Part shown: one piece after another, positions 37,501-52,500 of the stretch
How the letters are laid out: the number at the start of each line of letters is the position of its first letter
How positions within the stretch are numbered: the first letter of the stretch is position 1
Source of the DNA: Euprymna scolopes
Lineage: Eukaryota
Direction: 5' to 3' (one strand)
Length of the DNA stretch: 64,000 nucleotides
Assembly (NCBI GenBank): GCA_053919585.1
Contig: CM132791.1
The notes under the pieces: model-generated
What the model was told of the DNA's origin: nothing
Seen by the model: only the letters and a program-made list of their open reading frames with translations
Database searches by the model: none
Program-made: the position numbers and the translations under genes

Positions 37501-40500
37501 ACTGTGCCGGCGACATATTAGATGAAGCGCTTTCATTTGACGTATTTCGGATACTTTTCTGAACTTTTCCCTGTTCCCCTACCTTACTATAATTTTTGCG
37601 TATCTGGAAAAATTAATTCATCCCCAGGTAAGTGCCTCTTTCTCCGAAGTATAATATTCGGTCATTCACTTGTTTTGGCAAAAGTGGTCGAAGACCTGCC
37701 TAATTTTCCTCGCGAATATTTACTCTGCCGGCGACATATTAGATGAAGCGCTTTCATTTGGCGTATTTCGGATCCTTTTCTGAACTTTTCCCTGTTCCCC
37801 TACCTTACTATTATTTTTGCGTATCTGGAAAAATTAATTCATCTCCAGGTAAGTGCCTCTTTCTCCGAAGTATAATATTCGGTCATTCACTTGTTTTGGC
37901 AAAAGTGGTCGAAGACCTGCCTAATTTTCCTCGCGAATATTTACTCTGCCGGCGACATATTAGATGAAGCGCTTTCATTTGGCGTATTTCGGATCCTTTT
38001 CTGAACTTTTCCCTGTTCCCCTACCTTACTATTATTTTTGCGTATCTGGAAAAATTAATTCATCCCCAGGTAAGTGCCTCTTTCTCCGAAGTATAATATT
38101 CGGTCATTCACTTGTTTTGGCAAAAGTGGTCGAAGACCTGCCTAATTTTCCTCGCGAATATTTACTCTGCCGGCGACATATTAGATGAAGCGCTTTCATT
38201 TGGCGTATTTCGGATACTTTTCTGAACTTTTCCCTGTTCCCCTACCTTACTATTATTTTTGCGTATCTGGAAAAATTAATTCATCCCCAGGTAAGTGCCT
38301 CTTTCTCCGAAGTATAATATTCGGTCATTCACTTGTTTTGGCAAAAGTGGTCGAAGACCTGCCTAATTTTCCTCGCGAATATTTACTCTGCCGGCGACAT
38401 ATTAGATGAAGCGCTTTCATTTGGCGTATTTTGGATACTTTTCTGAACTTTTCCCTGTTCCCCTACCTTACTATTATTTTTGCGTATCTGGAAAAATTAA
38501 TTCATCCCCAGGTAAGTGCCTCTTTCTCCGAAGTATAATATTCGGTCATTCACTTGTTTTTGCAAAAGTGGTCGAAGACCTGCCTAATTTTCCTCGCGAA
38601 TATTTACTCTGCCGGCGACATATTAGATGAAGCGCTTTCATTTGGCGTATTTCGGATACTTTTATGAACTTTTCCCTGTTCCCCTACCTGACTATTATTT
38701 TTGCGTATCTGGAAAAATTAATTCATCCCCAGGTAAGTGCCTCTTTCTCCGAAGTATAATATTCGGTCATTCACTTGTTTTGGCAAAAGTGGTCGAAGTC
38801 CTGCCTAATTTTCCTCGCGAATATTTACTCTGCCGGCGACATATTAGATGAAGCGCTTTCATTTGACGTATTTCGGATACTTTTCTGAACTTTTCCCTGT
38901 TCCCCTACCTTACTATAATTTTTGCGTATCTGGAAAAATTAATTCATCTCCAGGTAAGTGCCTCTTTCTCCGAAGTATAATATTCGGTCATTCACTTGTT
39001 TTGGCAAAAGTGGTCGAAGACCTGCCTAATTTTCCTCGCGAATATTTACTCTGCCGGCGACATATTAGATGAAGCGCTTTCATTTGGCGTATTTCGGATC
39101 CTTTTCTGAACTTTTCCCTGTTCCCCTACCTTACTATTATTTTTGCGTATCTGGAAAAATTAATTCATCCCCAGGTAAGTGCCTCTTTCTCCGAAGTATA
39201 ATATTCGGTCATTCACTTGTTTTGGCAAAAGTGGTCGAAGACCTGCCTAATTTTCCTCGCGAATATTTACTCTGCCGGCGACATATTAGATGAAGCGCTT
39301 TCATTTGGCGTATTTCGGATACTTTTCTGAACTTTTCCCGGTTCCCCTACCTTACTATTATTTTTGCGTATCTGGAAAAATTAATTCATCCCCAGGTAAG
39401 TGCCTCTTTCTCCGAAGTATAATATTCGGTCATTCACTTGTTTTGGAAAAAGTTGTCGAAGACCTGCCTAATTTTCCTCGCGAATATTTACTCTGCCGGC
39501 GACATATTAGATGAAGCGCTTTCATTTGGCGTATTTCGGATACTTTTCTGAACTTTTCCCTGTTCCCCTACCTTACTATTATTTTTGCGTATCTGGAAAA
39601 AGTAATTCATCCCCAGGTAAGTGCCTCTTTCTCCGAAGTATAATATTCGCTCATTCACTTGTTTTGGCAAAAGTGGTCGAAGACCTGCCTAATTTTCCTC
39701 GCGAATATTTACTCTGCCGGCGACATATTAGATGAAGCGCTTTCATTTGGCGTATTTCGGATACTTTTCTGAACTTTTCCCTGTTCCCCTACCTTACTAT
39801 TATTTTTGCGTATCTGGAAAAATTAATTCATCCCCAGGTAAGTGCCTCTTTCTCCGAAGTATAATATTCGGTCATTCACTTGTTTTGGAAAAAGTGGTCG
39901 AAGACCTGCCTAATTTTCCTCGCGAATATTTACTCTGCCGGCGACATATTAGATGAAGCGCTTTCATTTGGCGTATTTCGGACACTTTTCTGAACTTTTC
40001 CCTGTTCCCCTACCTTACTATTATTTTTGCGTATCTGGAAAAATTAATTCATCCCCAGGTAAGTGCCTCTTTCTCCGAAGTATAATATTCGGTCATTCAC
40101 TTGTTTTGGCAAAAGTGGTCGAAGACCTGCCTAATTTTCCTCGCGAATATTTACTCTGCCGGCGACATATTAGATGAAGCGCTTTCATTTGGCGTATTTC
40201 GGATCCTTTTCTGAACTTTTCCCTGTTCCCCTACCTTACTATTATTTTTGCGTATCTGGAAAAATTAATTCATCCCCAGGTAAGTGCCTCTTTCTCCGAA
40301 GTATAATATTCGGTCATTCACTTGTTTTGGCAAAAGTGGTCGAAGACCTGCCTAATTTTCCTCGCGAATATTTACTCTGCCGGCGACATATTAGATGAAG
40401 CGCTTTCATTTGGCGTATTTCGGATCCTTTTCTGAACTTTTCCCTTTTCCCCTACCTTACTATTATTTTTGCGTATCTGGAAAAATTAATTCATCCCCAG

Positions 40501-43500
40501 GTAAGTGCCTCTTTCTCCGAAGTATAATATTCGGTCATTCACTTGTTTTGGCAAAAGTGGTCGAAGACCTGCCTAATTTTCCTCGCGAATATTTACTCTG
40601 CCGGCGACATATTAGATGAAGCGCTTTCATTTGGCGTATTTCGGATACTTTTCTGAACTTTTCCCTGTTCCCCTACCTGACTATTATTTTTGCGTATCTG
40701 GAAAAATTAATTCATCCCCAGGTAAGTGCCTCTTTCTCCGAAGTATAATATTCGGTCATTCACTTGTTTTGGCAAAAGTGGTCGAAGTCCTGCCTAATTT
40801 TCCTCGCGAATATTTACTGTGACGGCGACATATTAGATGAAGCGCTTTCATTTGACGTATTTCGGATACTTTTCTGAACTTTTCCCTGTTCCCCTACCTT
40901 ACTATAATTTTTGCGTATCTGGAAAAATTAATTCATCCCCAGGTAAGTGCCTCTTTCTCCGAAGTATAATATTCGGTCATTCACTTGTTTTGGCAAAAGT
41001 GGTCGAAGACCTGCCTAATTTTCCTCGCGAATATTTACTCTGCCGGCGACATATTAGATGAAGCGCTTTCATTTGGCGTATTTTGGATACTTTTCTGAAC
41101 TTTTCCCTGTTCCCCTACCTTACTATTATTTTTGCGTATCTGGAAAAATTAATTCATCCCCAGGTAAGTGCCTCTTTCTCCGAAGTATAATATTCGGTCA
41201 TTCACTTGTTTTTGCAAAAGTGGTCGAAGACCTGCCTAATTTTCCTCGCGAATATTTACTCTGCCGGCGACATATTAGATGAAGCGCTTTCATTTGGCGT
41301 ATTTCGGATACTTTTATGAACTTTTCCCTGTTCCCCTACCTGACTATTATTTTTGCGTATCTGGAAAAATTAATTCATCCCCAGGTAAGTGCCTCTTTCT
41401 CCGAAGTATAATATTCGGTCATTCACTTGTTTTGGCAAAAGTGGTCGAAGTCCTGCCTAATTTTCCTCGCGAATATTTACTCTGCCGGCGACATATTAGA
41501 TGAAGCGCTTTCATTTGACGTATTTCGGATACTTTTCTGAACTTTTCCCTGTTCCCCTACCTTACTATAATTTTTGCGTATCTGGAAAAATTAATTCATC
41601 CCCAGGTAAGTGCCTCTTTCTCCGAAGTATAATATTCGGTCATTCACTTGTTTTGGCAAAAGTGGTCGAAGACCTGCCTAATTTTCCTCGCGAATATTTA
41701 CTCTGCCGGCGACATATTAGATGAAGCGCTTTCATTTGGCGTATTTCGGATCCTTTTCTGAACTTTTCCCTGTTCCCCTACCTTACTATTATTTTTGCGT
41801 ATCTGGAAAAATTAATTCATCCCCAGGTAAGTGCCTCTTTCTCCGAAGTATAATATTCGGTCATTCACTTGTTTTGGCAAAAGTGGTCGAAGACCTGCCT
41901 AATTTTCCTCGCGAATATTTACTCTGCCGGCGACATATTAGATGAAGCGCTTTCATTTGGCGTATTTCGGATACTTTTCTGAACTTTTCCCGGTTCCCCT
42001 ACCTTACTATTATTTTTGCGTATCTGGAAAAATTAATTCATCCCCAGGTAAGTGCCTCTTTCTCCGAAGTATAATATTCGGTCATTCACTTGTTTTGGAA
42101 AAAGTTGTCGAAGACCTGCCTAATTTTCCTCGCGAATATTTACTCTGCCGGCGACATATTAGATGAAGCGCTTTCATTTGGCGTATTTCGGATACTTTTC
42201 TGAACTTTTCCCTGTTCCCCTACCTTACTATTATTTTTGCGTATCTGGAAAAAGTAATTCATCCCCAGGTAAGTGCCTCTTTCTCCGAAGTATAATATTC
42301 GCTCATTCACTTGTTTTGGCAAAAGTGGTCGAAGACCTGCCTAATTTTCCTCGCGAATATTTACTCTGCCGGCGACATATTAGATGAAGCGCTTTCATTT
42401 GGCGTATTTCGGATACTTTTCTGAACTTTTCCCTGTTCCCCTACCTTACTATTATTTTTGCGTATCTGGAAAAATTAATTCATCCCCAGGTAAGTGCCTC
42501 TTTCTCCGAAGTATAATATTCGGTCATTCACTTGTTTTGGAAAAAGTGGTCGAAGACCTGCCTAATTTTCCTCGCGAATATTTACTCTGCCGGCGACATA
42601 TTAGATGAAGCGCTTTCATTTGGCGTATTTCGGACACTTTTCTGAACTTTTCCCTGTTCCCCTACCTTACTATTATTTTTGCGTATCTGGAAAAATTAAT
42701 TCATCCCCAGGTAAGTGCCTCTTTCTCCGAAGTATAATATTCGGTCATTCACTTGTTTTGGCAAAAGTGGTCGAAGACCTGCCTAATTTTCCTCGCGAAT
42801 ATTTACTCTGCCGGCGACATATTAGATGAAGCGCTTTCATTTGGCGTATTTCGGATCCTTTTCTGAACTTTTCCCTGTTCCCCTACCTTACTATTATTTT
42901 TGCGTATCTGGAAAAATTAATTCATCCCCAGGTAAGTGCCTCTTTCTCCGAAGTATAATATTCGGTCATTCACTTGTTTTGGCAAAAGTGGTCGAAGACC
43001 TGCCTAATTTTCCTCGCGAATATTTACTCTGCCGGCGACATATTAGATGAAGCGCTTTCATTTGGCGTATTTCGGATCCTTTTCTGAACTTTTCCCTTTT
43101 CCCCTACCTTACTATTATTTTTGCGTATCTGGAAAAATTAATTCATCCCCAGGTAAGTGCCTCTTTCTCCGAAGTATAATATTCGGTCATTCACTTGTTT
43201 TGGCAAAAGTGGTCGAAGACCTGCCTAATTTTCCTCGCGAATATTTACTCTGCCGGCGACATATTAGATGAAGCGCTTTCATTTGGCGTATTTCGGATAC
43301 TTTTCTGAACTTTTCCCTGTTCCCCTACCTGACTATTATTTTTGCGTATCTGGAAAAATTAATTCATCCCCAGGTAAGTGCCTCTTTCTCCGAAGTATAA
43401 TATTCGGTCATTCACTTGTTTTGGCAAAAGTGGTCGAAGTCCTGCCTAATTTTCCTCGCGAATATTTACTGTGACGGCGACATATTAGATGAAGCGCTTT

Positions 43501-46500
43501 CATTTGACGTATTTCGGATACTTTTCTGAACTTTTCCCTGTTCCCCTACCTTACTATAATTTTTGCGTATCTGGAAAAATTAATTCATCCCCAGGTAAGT
43601 GCCTCTTTCTCCGAAGTATAATATTCGGTCATTCACTGGTTTTGGCAAAAGTGGTCGAAGACCTGCCTAATTTTCCTCGCGAATATTTACTCTGCCGGCG
43701 ACATATTAGATGAAGCGCTTTCATTTGGCGTATTTCGGATCCTTTTCTGAACTTTTCCCTGTTCCCCTACCTTACTATTATTTTTGCGTATCTGGAAAAA
43801 TTAATTCATCCCCAGGTAAGTGCCTCTTTCTCCGAAGTATAATATTCGGTCATTCACTTGTTTTGGCAAAAGTGGTCGAAGACCTGCCTAATTTTCCTCG
43901 CGAATATTTACTCTGCCGGCGACATATTAGATGAAGCGCTTTCATTTGGCGTATTTCGGATACTTTTCTGAACTTTTCCCTGTTCCCCTACCTTACTATT
44001 ATTTTTGCGTATCTGGAAAAAGTAATTCATCCCCAGGTAAGTGCCTCTTTCTCCGAAGTATAATATTCGGTCATTCACTTGTTTTGGCAAAAGTGGTCGA
44101 AGACCTGCCTAATTTTCCTCGCGAATATTTACTCTGCCGGCAACATATTAGATGAAGCGCTTTCATTTGACGTATTTCGGATACTTTTCTGAACTTCTCC
44201 CTGTTCCCCTACCTTACTATTATTTTTGCGTATCTGGAAAAATTAATTCATCCCCAGGTAAGTGCCTCTTTCTCCGAAGTATAATATTCGGTCATTCACT
44301 TGTTTTGGCAAAAGTGGTCGAAGACCTGCCTAATTTTCCTCGCGAATATTTACTCTGCCGGCGACATATTAGATGAAGCGCTTTCATTTGGCGTATTTCG
44401 GATACTTTTCTGAACTTTTCCCTGTTCCCCTACCTTACTATTATTTTTGCGTATCTGGAAAAATTAATTCATCCCCAGGTAAGTGCCTCTTTCTCCGAAG
44501 TATAATATTCGGTCATTCACTTGTTTTGGCAAAAGTGGTCGAAGACCTGCCTAATTTTCCTCGCGAATATTTACTCTGCCGGCGACATATTAGATGAAGC
44601 GCTTTCATTTGGCGTATTTCGGATACTTTTCTGAACTTTTCCCTGTTCCCCTACCTTACTATTATTTTTGCGTATCTGGAAAAATTAATTCATCCCCAGG
44701 TAAGTGCCTCTTTCTCCGAAGTATAATATTCGGTCATTCACTTGTTTTGGCAAAAGTGGTCGAAGACCTGCCTAATTTTCCTCGCGAATATTTACTCTGC
44801 CGGCGACATATTAGATGAAGCGCTTTCATTTAGCGTATTTTGGATACTTTTCTGAACTTTTCCCTGTTCCCCTACCTTACTATTATTTTTGCGTATCTGG
44901 AAAAATTAATTCATCCCCAGGTAAGTGCCTCTTTCTCCGAAGTATAATATTCGCTCATTCACTTGTTTTGGCAAAAGTGGTCGAAGACCTGCCTAATTTT
45001 CCTCGCGAATATTTACTCTGCCGGCGACATATTAGATGAAGCGCTTTCATTTGGCGTATTTCGGATACTTTTATGAACTTTTCCCTGTTCCCCTACCTGA
45101 CTATTATTTTTGCGTATCTGGAAAAATTAATTCATCCCCAGGTAAGTGCCTCTTTCTCCGAAGTATAATATTCGGTCATTCACTTGTTTTGGCAAAAGTG
45201 GTCGAAGTCCTGCCTAATTTTTCTCGCGAATATTTACTGTGCCGGCGACATATTAGATGAAGCGCTTTCATTTGACGTATTTCGGATACTTTTCTGAACT
45301 TTTCCCTGTTCCCCTACCTTACTATAATTTTTGCGTATCTGGAAAAATTAATTCATCCCCAGGTAAGTGCCTCTTTCTCCGAAGTATAATATTCGGTCAT
45401 TCACTTGTTTTGGCAAAAGTGGTCGAAGACCTGCCTAATTTTCCTCGCGAATATTTACTCTGCCGGCGACATATTAGATGAAGCGCTTTCATTTGGCGTA
45501 TTTCGGATCCTTTTCTGAACTTTTCCCTGTTCCCCTACCTTACTATTATTTTTGCGTATCTGGAAAAATTAATTCATCTCCAGGTAAGTGCCTCTTTCTC
45601 CGAAGTATAATATTCGGTCATTCACTTGTTTTGGCAAAAGTGGTCGAAGACCTGCCTAATTTTCCTCGCGAATATTTACTCTGCCGGCGACATATTAGAT
45701 GAAGCGCTTTCATTTGGCGTATTTCGGATCCTTTTCTGAACTTTTCCCTGTTCCCCTACCTTACTATTATTTTTGCGTATCTGGAAAAATTAATTCATCC
45801 CCAGGTAAGTGCCTCTTTCTCCGAAGTATAATATTCGGTCATTCACTTGTTTTGGCAAAAGTGGTCGAAGACCTGCCTAATTTTCCTCGCGAATATTTAC
45901 TCTGCCGGCGACATATTAGATGAAGCGCTTTCATTTGGCGTATTTTGGATACTTTTCTGAACTTTTCCCTGTTCCCCTACCTTACTATTATTTTTGCGTA
46001 TCTGGAAAAATTAATTCATCCCCAGGTAAGTGCCTCTTTCTCCGAAGTATAATATTCGCTCATTCACTTGTTTTGGCAAAAGTGGTCGAAGACCTGCCTA
46101 ATTTTCCTCACGAATATTTAATCTGCCGGCGACATATTAGATGAAGCGCTTTCATTTGGCGTATTTCGGATACTTTTATGAACTTTTCCCTGTTCCCCTA
46201 CCTTACTATTATTTTTGCGTATCTGGAAAAATTAATTCATCCCCAGGTAAGTGCCTCTTTCTCCGAAGTATAATATTCGGTCATTCACTTGTTTTGGCAA
46301 AAGTGGTCGAAGACCTGCCTAATTTTCCTCGCGAATATTTACTCTGCCGGCGACATATTAGATGAAGCGCTTTCATTTGGCGTATTTCGGATACTTTTAT
46401 GAACTTTTCCCTGTTCCCCTACCTTACTATTATTTTTGCGTATCTGGAAAAATTAATTCATCCCCAGGTAAGTGCCTCTTTCTCCGAAGTATAATATTCG

Positions 46501-49500
46501 GTCATTCACTTGTTTTGGCAAAAGTGGTCGAAGACCTGCCTAATTTTCCTCGCGAATATTTACTCTGCCGGCGACATATTAGATGAAGCGCTTTCATTTG
46601 GCGTATTTCGGATACTTTTCTGAACTTTTCCCTGTTCCCCTACCTTACTATTATTTTTGCGTATCTGGAAAAATTAATTCATCCCCAGGTAAGTGCCTCT
46701 TTCTCCGAAGTATAATATTCGGTCATTCACTTGTTTTGGCAAAAGTGGTCGAAGACCTGCCTAATTTTCCTCGCGAATATTTACTCTGCCGGCGACATAT
46801 TAGATGAAGCGCTTTCATTTGGCGTATTTTGGATACTTTTCTGAACTTTTCCCTGTTCCCCTACCTTACTATTATTTTTGCGTATCTGGAAAAATTAATT
46901 CATCCCCAGGTAAGTGCCTCTTTCTCCGAAGTATAATATTCGCTCATTCACTTGTTTTGGCAAAAGTGGTCGAAGACCTGCCTAATTTTCCTCGCGAATA
47001 TTTACTCTGCCGGCGACATATTAGATGAAGCGCTTTCATTTGGCGTATTTCGGATACTTTTCTGAACTTTTCCCTGTTCCCCTACCTTACTATTATTTTT
47101 GCGTATCTGGAAAAATTAATTCATCCCCAGGTAAGTGCCTCTTTCTCCGAAGTATAATATTCGGTCATTCACTTGTTTTGGCAAAAGTGGTCGAAGACCT
47201 GCCTAATTTTCCTCGCGAATATTTACTCTGCCGGCGACATATTAGATGAAGCGCTTTCATTTGGCGTATTTCGGATACTTTTCTGAACTTTTCCCTGTTC
47301 CCCTACCTTACTATTATTTTTGCGTATCTGGAAAAATTAATTAATCCCCAGGTAAGTGCCTCTTTCTCCGAAGTATAATATTCGGTCATTCACTTGTTTT
47401 GGCAAAAGTGGTCGAAGACCTGCCTAATTTTCCTCGCGAATATTTACTCTGCCGGCGACATATTAGATGAAGCGCTTTCATTTGGCGTATTTCGGATACT
47501 TTTCTGAACTTTTCCGTGTTCCCCTACCTTACTATTATTTTTGCGTATCTGGAAAAATTAATTCATCCCCAGGTAAGTGCCTCTTTCTCCGAAGTATAAT
47601 ATTCGGTCATTCACTGGTTTTGGCAAAAGTGGTCGAAGACCTGCCTAATTTTCCTCGCGAATATTTACTCTGCCGGCGACATATTAGATGAAGCGCTTTC
47701 ATTTGGCGTATTTCGGATCCTTTTCTGAACTTTTCCCTGTTCCCCTACCTTACTATTATTTTTGCGTATCTGGAAAAATTAATTCATCCCCAGGTAAGTG
47801 CCTCTTTCTCCGAAGTATAATATTCGGTCATTCACTTGTTTTGGCAAAAGTGGTCGAAGACCTGCCTAATTTTCCTCGCGAATATTTACTCTGCCGGCGA
47901 CATATTAGATGAAGCGCTTTCATTTGGCGTATTTCGGATACTTTTCTGAACTTTTCCCTGTTCCCCTACCTTACTATTATTTTTGCGTATCTGGAAAAAG
48001 TAATTCATCCCCAGGTAAGTGCCTCTTTCTCCGAAGTATAATATTCGGTCATTCACTTGTTTTGGCAAAAGTGGTCGAAGACCTGCCTAATTTTCCTCGC
48101 GAATATTTACTCTGCCGGCGACATATTAGATGAAGCGCTTTCATTTGACGTATTTCGGATACTTTTCTGAACTTCTCCCTGTTCCCCTACCTTACTATTA
48201 TTTTTGCGTATCTGGAAAAATTAATTCATCCCCAGGTAAGTGCCTCTTTCTCCGAAGTATAATATTCGGTCATTCACTTGTTTTGGCAAAAGTGGTCGAA
48301 GACCTGCCTAATTTTCCTCGCGAATATTTACTCTGCCGGCGACATATTAGATGAAGCGCTTTCATTTGGCGTATTTCGGATCCTTTTCTGAACTTTTCCC
48401 TGTTCCCCTACCTTACTATTATTTTTGCGTATCTGGAAAAATTAATTCATCCCCAGGTAAGTGCCTCTTTCTCCGAAGTATAATATTCGGTCATTCACTT
48501 GTTTTGGCAAAAGTGGTCGAAGACCTGCCTAATTTTCCTCGCGAATATTTACTCTGCCGGCGACATATTAGATGAAGCGCTTTCATTTGGCGTATTTCGG
48601 ATACTTTTCTGAACTTTTCCCTGTTCCCCTACCTTACTATTATTTTTGCGTATCTGGAAAAATTAATTCATCCCCAGGTAAGTGCCTCTTTCTCCGAAGT
48701 ATAATATTCGGTCATTCACTTGTTTTGGCAAAAGTGGTCGAAGACCTGCCTAATTTTCCTCGCGAATATTTACTCTGCCGGCGACATATTAGATGAAGCG
48801 CTTTCATTTGGCGTATTTTGGATACTTTTCTGAACTTTTCCCTGTTCCCCTACCTTACTATTATTTTTGCGTATCTGGAAAAATTAATTCATCCCCAGGT
48901 AAGTGCCTCTTTCTCCGAAGTATAATATTCGCTCATTCACTTGTTTTGGCAAAAGTGGTCGAAGACCTGCCTAATTTTCCTCGCGAATATTTACTCTGCC
49001 GGCGACATATTAGATGAAGCGCTTTCATTTGGCGTATTTCGGATACTTTTCTGAACTTTTCCCTGTTCCCCTACCTGACTATTATTTTTGCGTATCTGGA
49101 AAAATTAATTCATCCCCAGGTAAGTGCCTCTTTCTCCGAAGTATAATATTCGGTCATTCACTTGTTTTGGCAAAAGTGGTCGAAGTCCTGCCTAATTTTC
49201 CTCGCGAATATTTACTGTGCCGGCGACATATTAGATGAAGCGCTTTCATTTGACGTATTTCGGATACTTTTCTGAACTTTTCCCTGTTCCCCTACCTTAC
49301 TATAATTTTTGCGTATCTGGAAAAATTAATTCATCCCCAGGTAAGTGCCTCTTTCTCCGAAGTATAATATTCGGTCAATCACTGGTTTTGGCAAAAGTGG
49401 TCGAAGACCTGCCTAATTTTCCTCGCGAATATTTACTCTGCCGGCGACATATTAGATGAAGCGCTTTCATTTGGCGTATTTCGGATCCTTTTCTGAACTT

Positions 49501-52500
49501 TTCCCTGTTCCTCTACCTTACTATTATTTATGCGTATCTGGAAAAATTAATTCATCCCCAGGTAAGTGCCTGTTTCTCCGAAGTATAATATTCGGTCATT
49601 CACTTGTTTTGGCAAAAGTGGTCGAAGACCTGCCTAATTTTCCTCGCGAATATTTACTCTGCCGGCGACATATTAGATGAAGCGCTTTCATTTGGCGTAT
49701 TTCGGATACTTTTATGAACTTTTCCCTGTTCCCCTACCTTACTATTATTTTTGCGTATCTGGAAAAATTAATTCATCCCCAGGTAAGTGCCTCTTTCTCC
49801 GAAGTATAATATTCGGTCATTCACTTGTTTTGGCAAAAGTGGTCGAAGACCTGCCTAATTTTCCTCGCGAATATTTACTCTGCCGGCGACATATTAGATG
49901 AAGCGCTTTCATTTGGCGTATTTCGGATCCTTTTCTGAACTTTTCCCTGTTCCCCTTCCTTACTATTATTTTTGCGTATCTGGAAAAATTAATTCATCCC
50001 CAGGTAAGTGCCTCTTTCTCCGAAGTATAATATTCGGTCATTCACTTGTTTTGGCAAAAGTGGTCGAAGACCTGCCTAATTTTCCTCGCGAATATTTACT
50101 CTGCCGGCGACATATTAGATGAAGCGCTTTCATTTGGCGTATTTCGGATACTTTTCTGAACTTTTCCCTGTTCCCCTACCTTACTATTATTTTTGCGTAT
50201 CTGGAAAAATTAATTCATCCCCAGGTAAGTGCCTCTTTCTCCGAAGTATAATATTCGGTCATTCACTTGTTTTGGCAAAAGTGGTCGAAGACCTGCCTAA
50301 TTTTCCTCGCGAATATTTACTCTGCCGGCGACATATTAGATGAAGCGCTTTCATTTGGCGTATTTCGGATACTTTTCTGAACTTTTCCCTGTTCCCCTAC
50401 CTTACTATTATTTTTGCGTATCTGGAAAAATTAATTCATCCCCAGGTAAGTGCCTCTTTCTCCGAAGTATAATATTCGGTCATTCACTTGTTTTGGCAAA
50501 AGTGGTCGAAGACCTGCCTAATTTTCCTCGCGAATATTTACTCTGCCGGCGACATATTAGATGAAGCGCTTTCATTTGGCGTATTTCGGATACTTTTCTG
50601 AACTTTTCCGTGTTCCCCTACCTTACTATTATTTTTGCGTATCTGGAAAAATTAATTCATCCCCAGGTAAGTGCCTCTTTCTCCGAAGTATAATATTCGG
50701 TCATTCACTTGTTTTGGCAAAAGTGGTCGAAGACCTGCCTAATTTTCCTCGCGAATATTTACTCTGCCGGCGACATATTAGATGAAGCGCTTTCATTTGG
50801 CGTATTTCGGATCCTTTTCTGAACTTTTCCCTGTTCCCCTACCTTACTATTATTTTTGCGTATCTGGAAAAATTAATTCATCCCCAGGTAAGTGCCTCTT
50901 TCTCCGAAGTATAATATTCGGTCATTCACTTGTTTTGGCAAAAGTGGTCGAAGACCTGCCTAATTTTCCTCGCGAATATTTACTCTGCCGGCGACATATT
51001 TGATGAAGCGCTTTCATTTGGCGTATTTCGGATACTTTTCTGAACTTTTCCCTGTTCCCCTACCTTACTATTATTTTTGCGTATCTGGAAAAATTAATTC
51101 ATCCCCAGGTAAGTGCCTCTTTCTCCGAAGTATAATATTCGGTCATTCACTTGTTTTGGCAAAAGTGGTCGAAGACCTGCCTAATTTTCCTCGCGAATAT
51201 TTACTCTGCCGGCGACATATTAGATGAAGCGCTTTCATTTGGCGTATTTCGGATACTTTTCTGAACTTTTCCCGGTTCCCCTACCTTACTATTATTTTTG
51301 CGTATCTGGAAAAATTAATTCATCCCCAGGTAAGTGCCTCTTTCTCCGAAGTATAATATTCGGTCATTCACTTGTTTTGGAAAAAGTTGTCGAAGACCTG
51401 CCTAATTTTCCTCGCGAATATTTACTCTGCCGGCGACATATTAGATGAAGCGCTTTCATTTGGCGTATTTCGGATACTTTTCTGAACTTTTCCCTGTTCC
51501 CCTACCTTACTATTATTTTTGCGTATCTGGAAAAAGTAATTCATCCCCAGGTAAGTGCCTCTTTCTCCGAAGTATAATATTCGCTCATTCACTTGTTTTG
51601 GCAAAAGTGGTCGAAGACCTGCCTAATTTTCCTCGCGAATATTTACTCTGCCGGCGACATATTAGATGAAGCGCTTTCATTTGGCGTATTTCGGATACTT
51701 TTCTGAACTTTTCCCTGTTCCCCTACCTTACTATTATTTTTGCGTATCTGGAAAAATTAATTCATCCCCAAGTAAGTGCCTCTTTCTCCGAAGTATAATA
51801 TTCGGTCATTCACTTGTTTTGGAAAAAGTGGTCGAAGACCTGCCTAATTTTCCTCGCGAATATTTACTCTGCCGGCGACATATTAGATGAAGCGCTTTCA
51901 TTTGGCGTATTTCGGACACTTTTCTGAACTTTTCCCTGTTCCCCTACTTTACTATTATTTTTGCGTATCTGGAAAAATTAATTCATCCCCAGGTAAGTGC
52001 CTCTTTCTCCGAAGTATAATATTCGGTCATTCACTTGTTTTGGCAAAAGTGGTCGAAGACCTGCCTAATTTTCCTCGCGAATATTTACTCTGCCGGCGAC
52101 ATATTAGATGAAGCGCTTTCATTTGGCGTATTTCGGATCCTTTTCTGAACTTTTCCCTGTTCCCCTACCTTACTATTATTTTTGCGTATCTAGAAAAATT
52201 AATTCATCCCCAGGTAAGTGCCTCTTTCTCCGAAGTATAATATTCGGTCATTCACTTGTTTTGGCAAAAGTGGTCGAAGACCTGCCTAATTTTCCTCGCG
52301 AATATTTACTCTGCCGGCGACATATTAGATGAAGCGCTTTCATTTGGCGTATTTCGGATCCTTTTCTGAACTTTTCCCTGTTCCCCTACCTTACTATTAT
52401 TTTTGCGTATCTGGAAAAATTAATTCATCCCCAGGTAAGTGCCTCTTTCTCCGAAGTATAATATTCGGTCATTCACTTGTTTTGGCAAAAGTGGTCGAAG

